Shown: one piece after another, positions 61,186 through 64,000 of the stretch
How positions within the stretch are numbered: the stretch's first letter is position 1
Layout: each line of letters begins with the position of its first letter
Assembly: GCA_021787445.1 (NCBI GenBank)
Contig: JAJYLV010000002.1
Span: 6,340 to 70,339, forward strand
Source: Chloroflexota bacterium
GTDB lineage: Bacteria > Chloroflexota > Limnocylindria > P2-11E
Length of the DNA stretch: 64,000 nucleotides
Direction: 5' to 3'
Notes under the pieces: model-generated
The model's database searches: none
The model's input: the letters and a program-made list of their open reading frames with translations, nothing else
What the model was told of the DNA's origin: nothing
Program-made: the position numbers and the translations under genes

Positions 61186-61616
61186 GTCGTCCCGTCCTCG
61201 ATCATCGCGCGGATACGGTCGGCAAGGTCGGGCGAGAACGCTACGGATCGACGCGCCTGACGGTCGATGAGGACGCCGGTCACCTCCGCCGTCGCGACGA
61301 CCTCGCCCGTCGCGCCGTTCGACATCTCGTGGACGTACGAGAGGCTCGAGCGGCCGATCCGCGTGAAGTGCGAGCGTATGGTCACGACGTCCCCCGCGAG
61401 CAGCTCCTTCTTGAACTGCATGTCGTAGCGCACCGCGGAGAGCGCGAAGCCGGCACCGCGGATCCAGTCGGGCGTGATCCCGACGTCCGCGAAGAAGCTC
61501 CACGTCGCGGCGTCGAAGTGCGTGAGGTACGAGACGACGTTGACGTGTCCCATGATGTCGAGGTCGCGCGGGTAGAACACCCCGCGATGGGACACGATGC
61601 CCGGCCTATCCGTCAC
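61182..61616 (-). CDS. 4HBT/YbgC-type acyl-CoA thioesterase
   Basis: DLDIMGHVN and IGRSS motifs. Confidence 0.88.
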   Translation of the reverse strand: MTDRPGIVSHRGVFYPRDLDIMGHVNVVSYLTHFDAATWSFFADVGITPDWIRGAGFALSAVRYDMQFKKELLAGDVVTIRSHFTRIGRSSLSYVHEMSNGATGEVVATAEVTGVLIDRQARRSVAFSPDLADRIRAMIEDGTT

Positions 61617-61687
61617 GCCGGGGAGCCTAGGGCGAGCGGCGGCCCGACGCGAGCGCGCCGGGCCCGCTGCACGGCGGGGATCACTAG

Positions 61688-64000
<2,313 letters not shown>

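Overview
Very GC-rich bacterial chromosomal segment. By inference it is from a monoderm organism, possibly Chloroflexota: it has CIRCE, split gcvP, SufU-type Suf, an F420-dependent enzyme and many apparently leaderless genes. Most of the window is housekeeping or metabolic. In order: tsaE-tsaB-rimI-tsaD; NUDIX-gcvT-H-PA-PB; NlpC/P60 + ECF sigma/anti-sigma; three family-5 peptide-binding proteins with two Opp/Dpp permease sets; an Rrf2-controlled suf cluster; an accessory DUF1214/DUF1254 and TetR/PEP-utiliser block; a ManC-PMM fusion; nitrilase + nadE; rsmI-metG-tatD; a TetR-regulated orphan BoxB-like di-iron enzyme; CIRCE-groESL; a NitT/TauT ABC system; pcrA; ligA. No CRISPR, tRNA, rRNA or transposase was seen. 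Three observations stand out. (1) The 660-bp intergenic region before pcrA holds two tandem homologous units. Each is a putative small structured RNA with a shared closing stem and a repeated GAT-N3-ATC hairpin, and each has its own -10 box and three phased DnaA-box-like sites. (2) The MetRS in the housekeeping rsmI-metG-tatD context reads GLHH/RLSRS where HIGH/KMSKS is expected. (3) A glycine-riboswitch-like variant sits upstream of a peptide ABC transporter. Start codons were chosen by eye; product calls come from motif recognition, not database searches.
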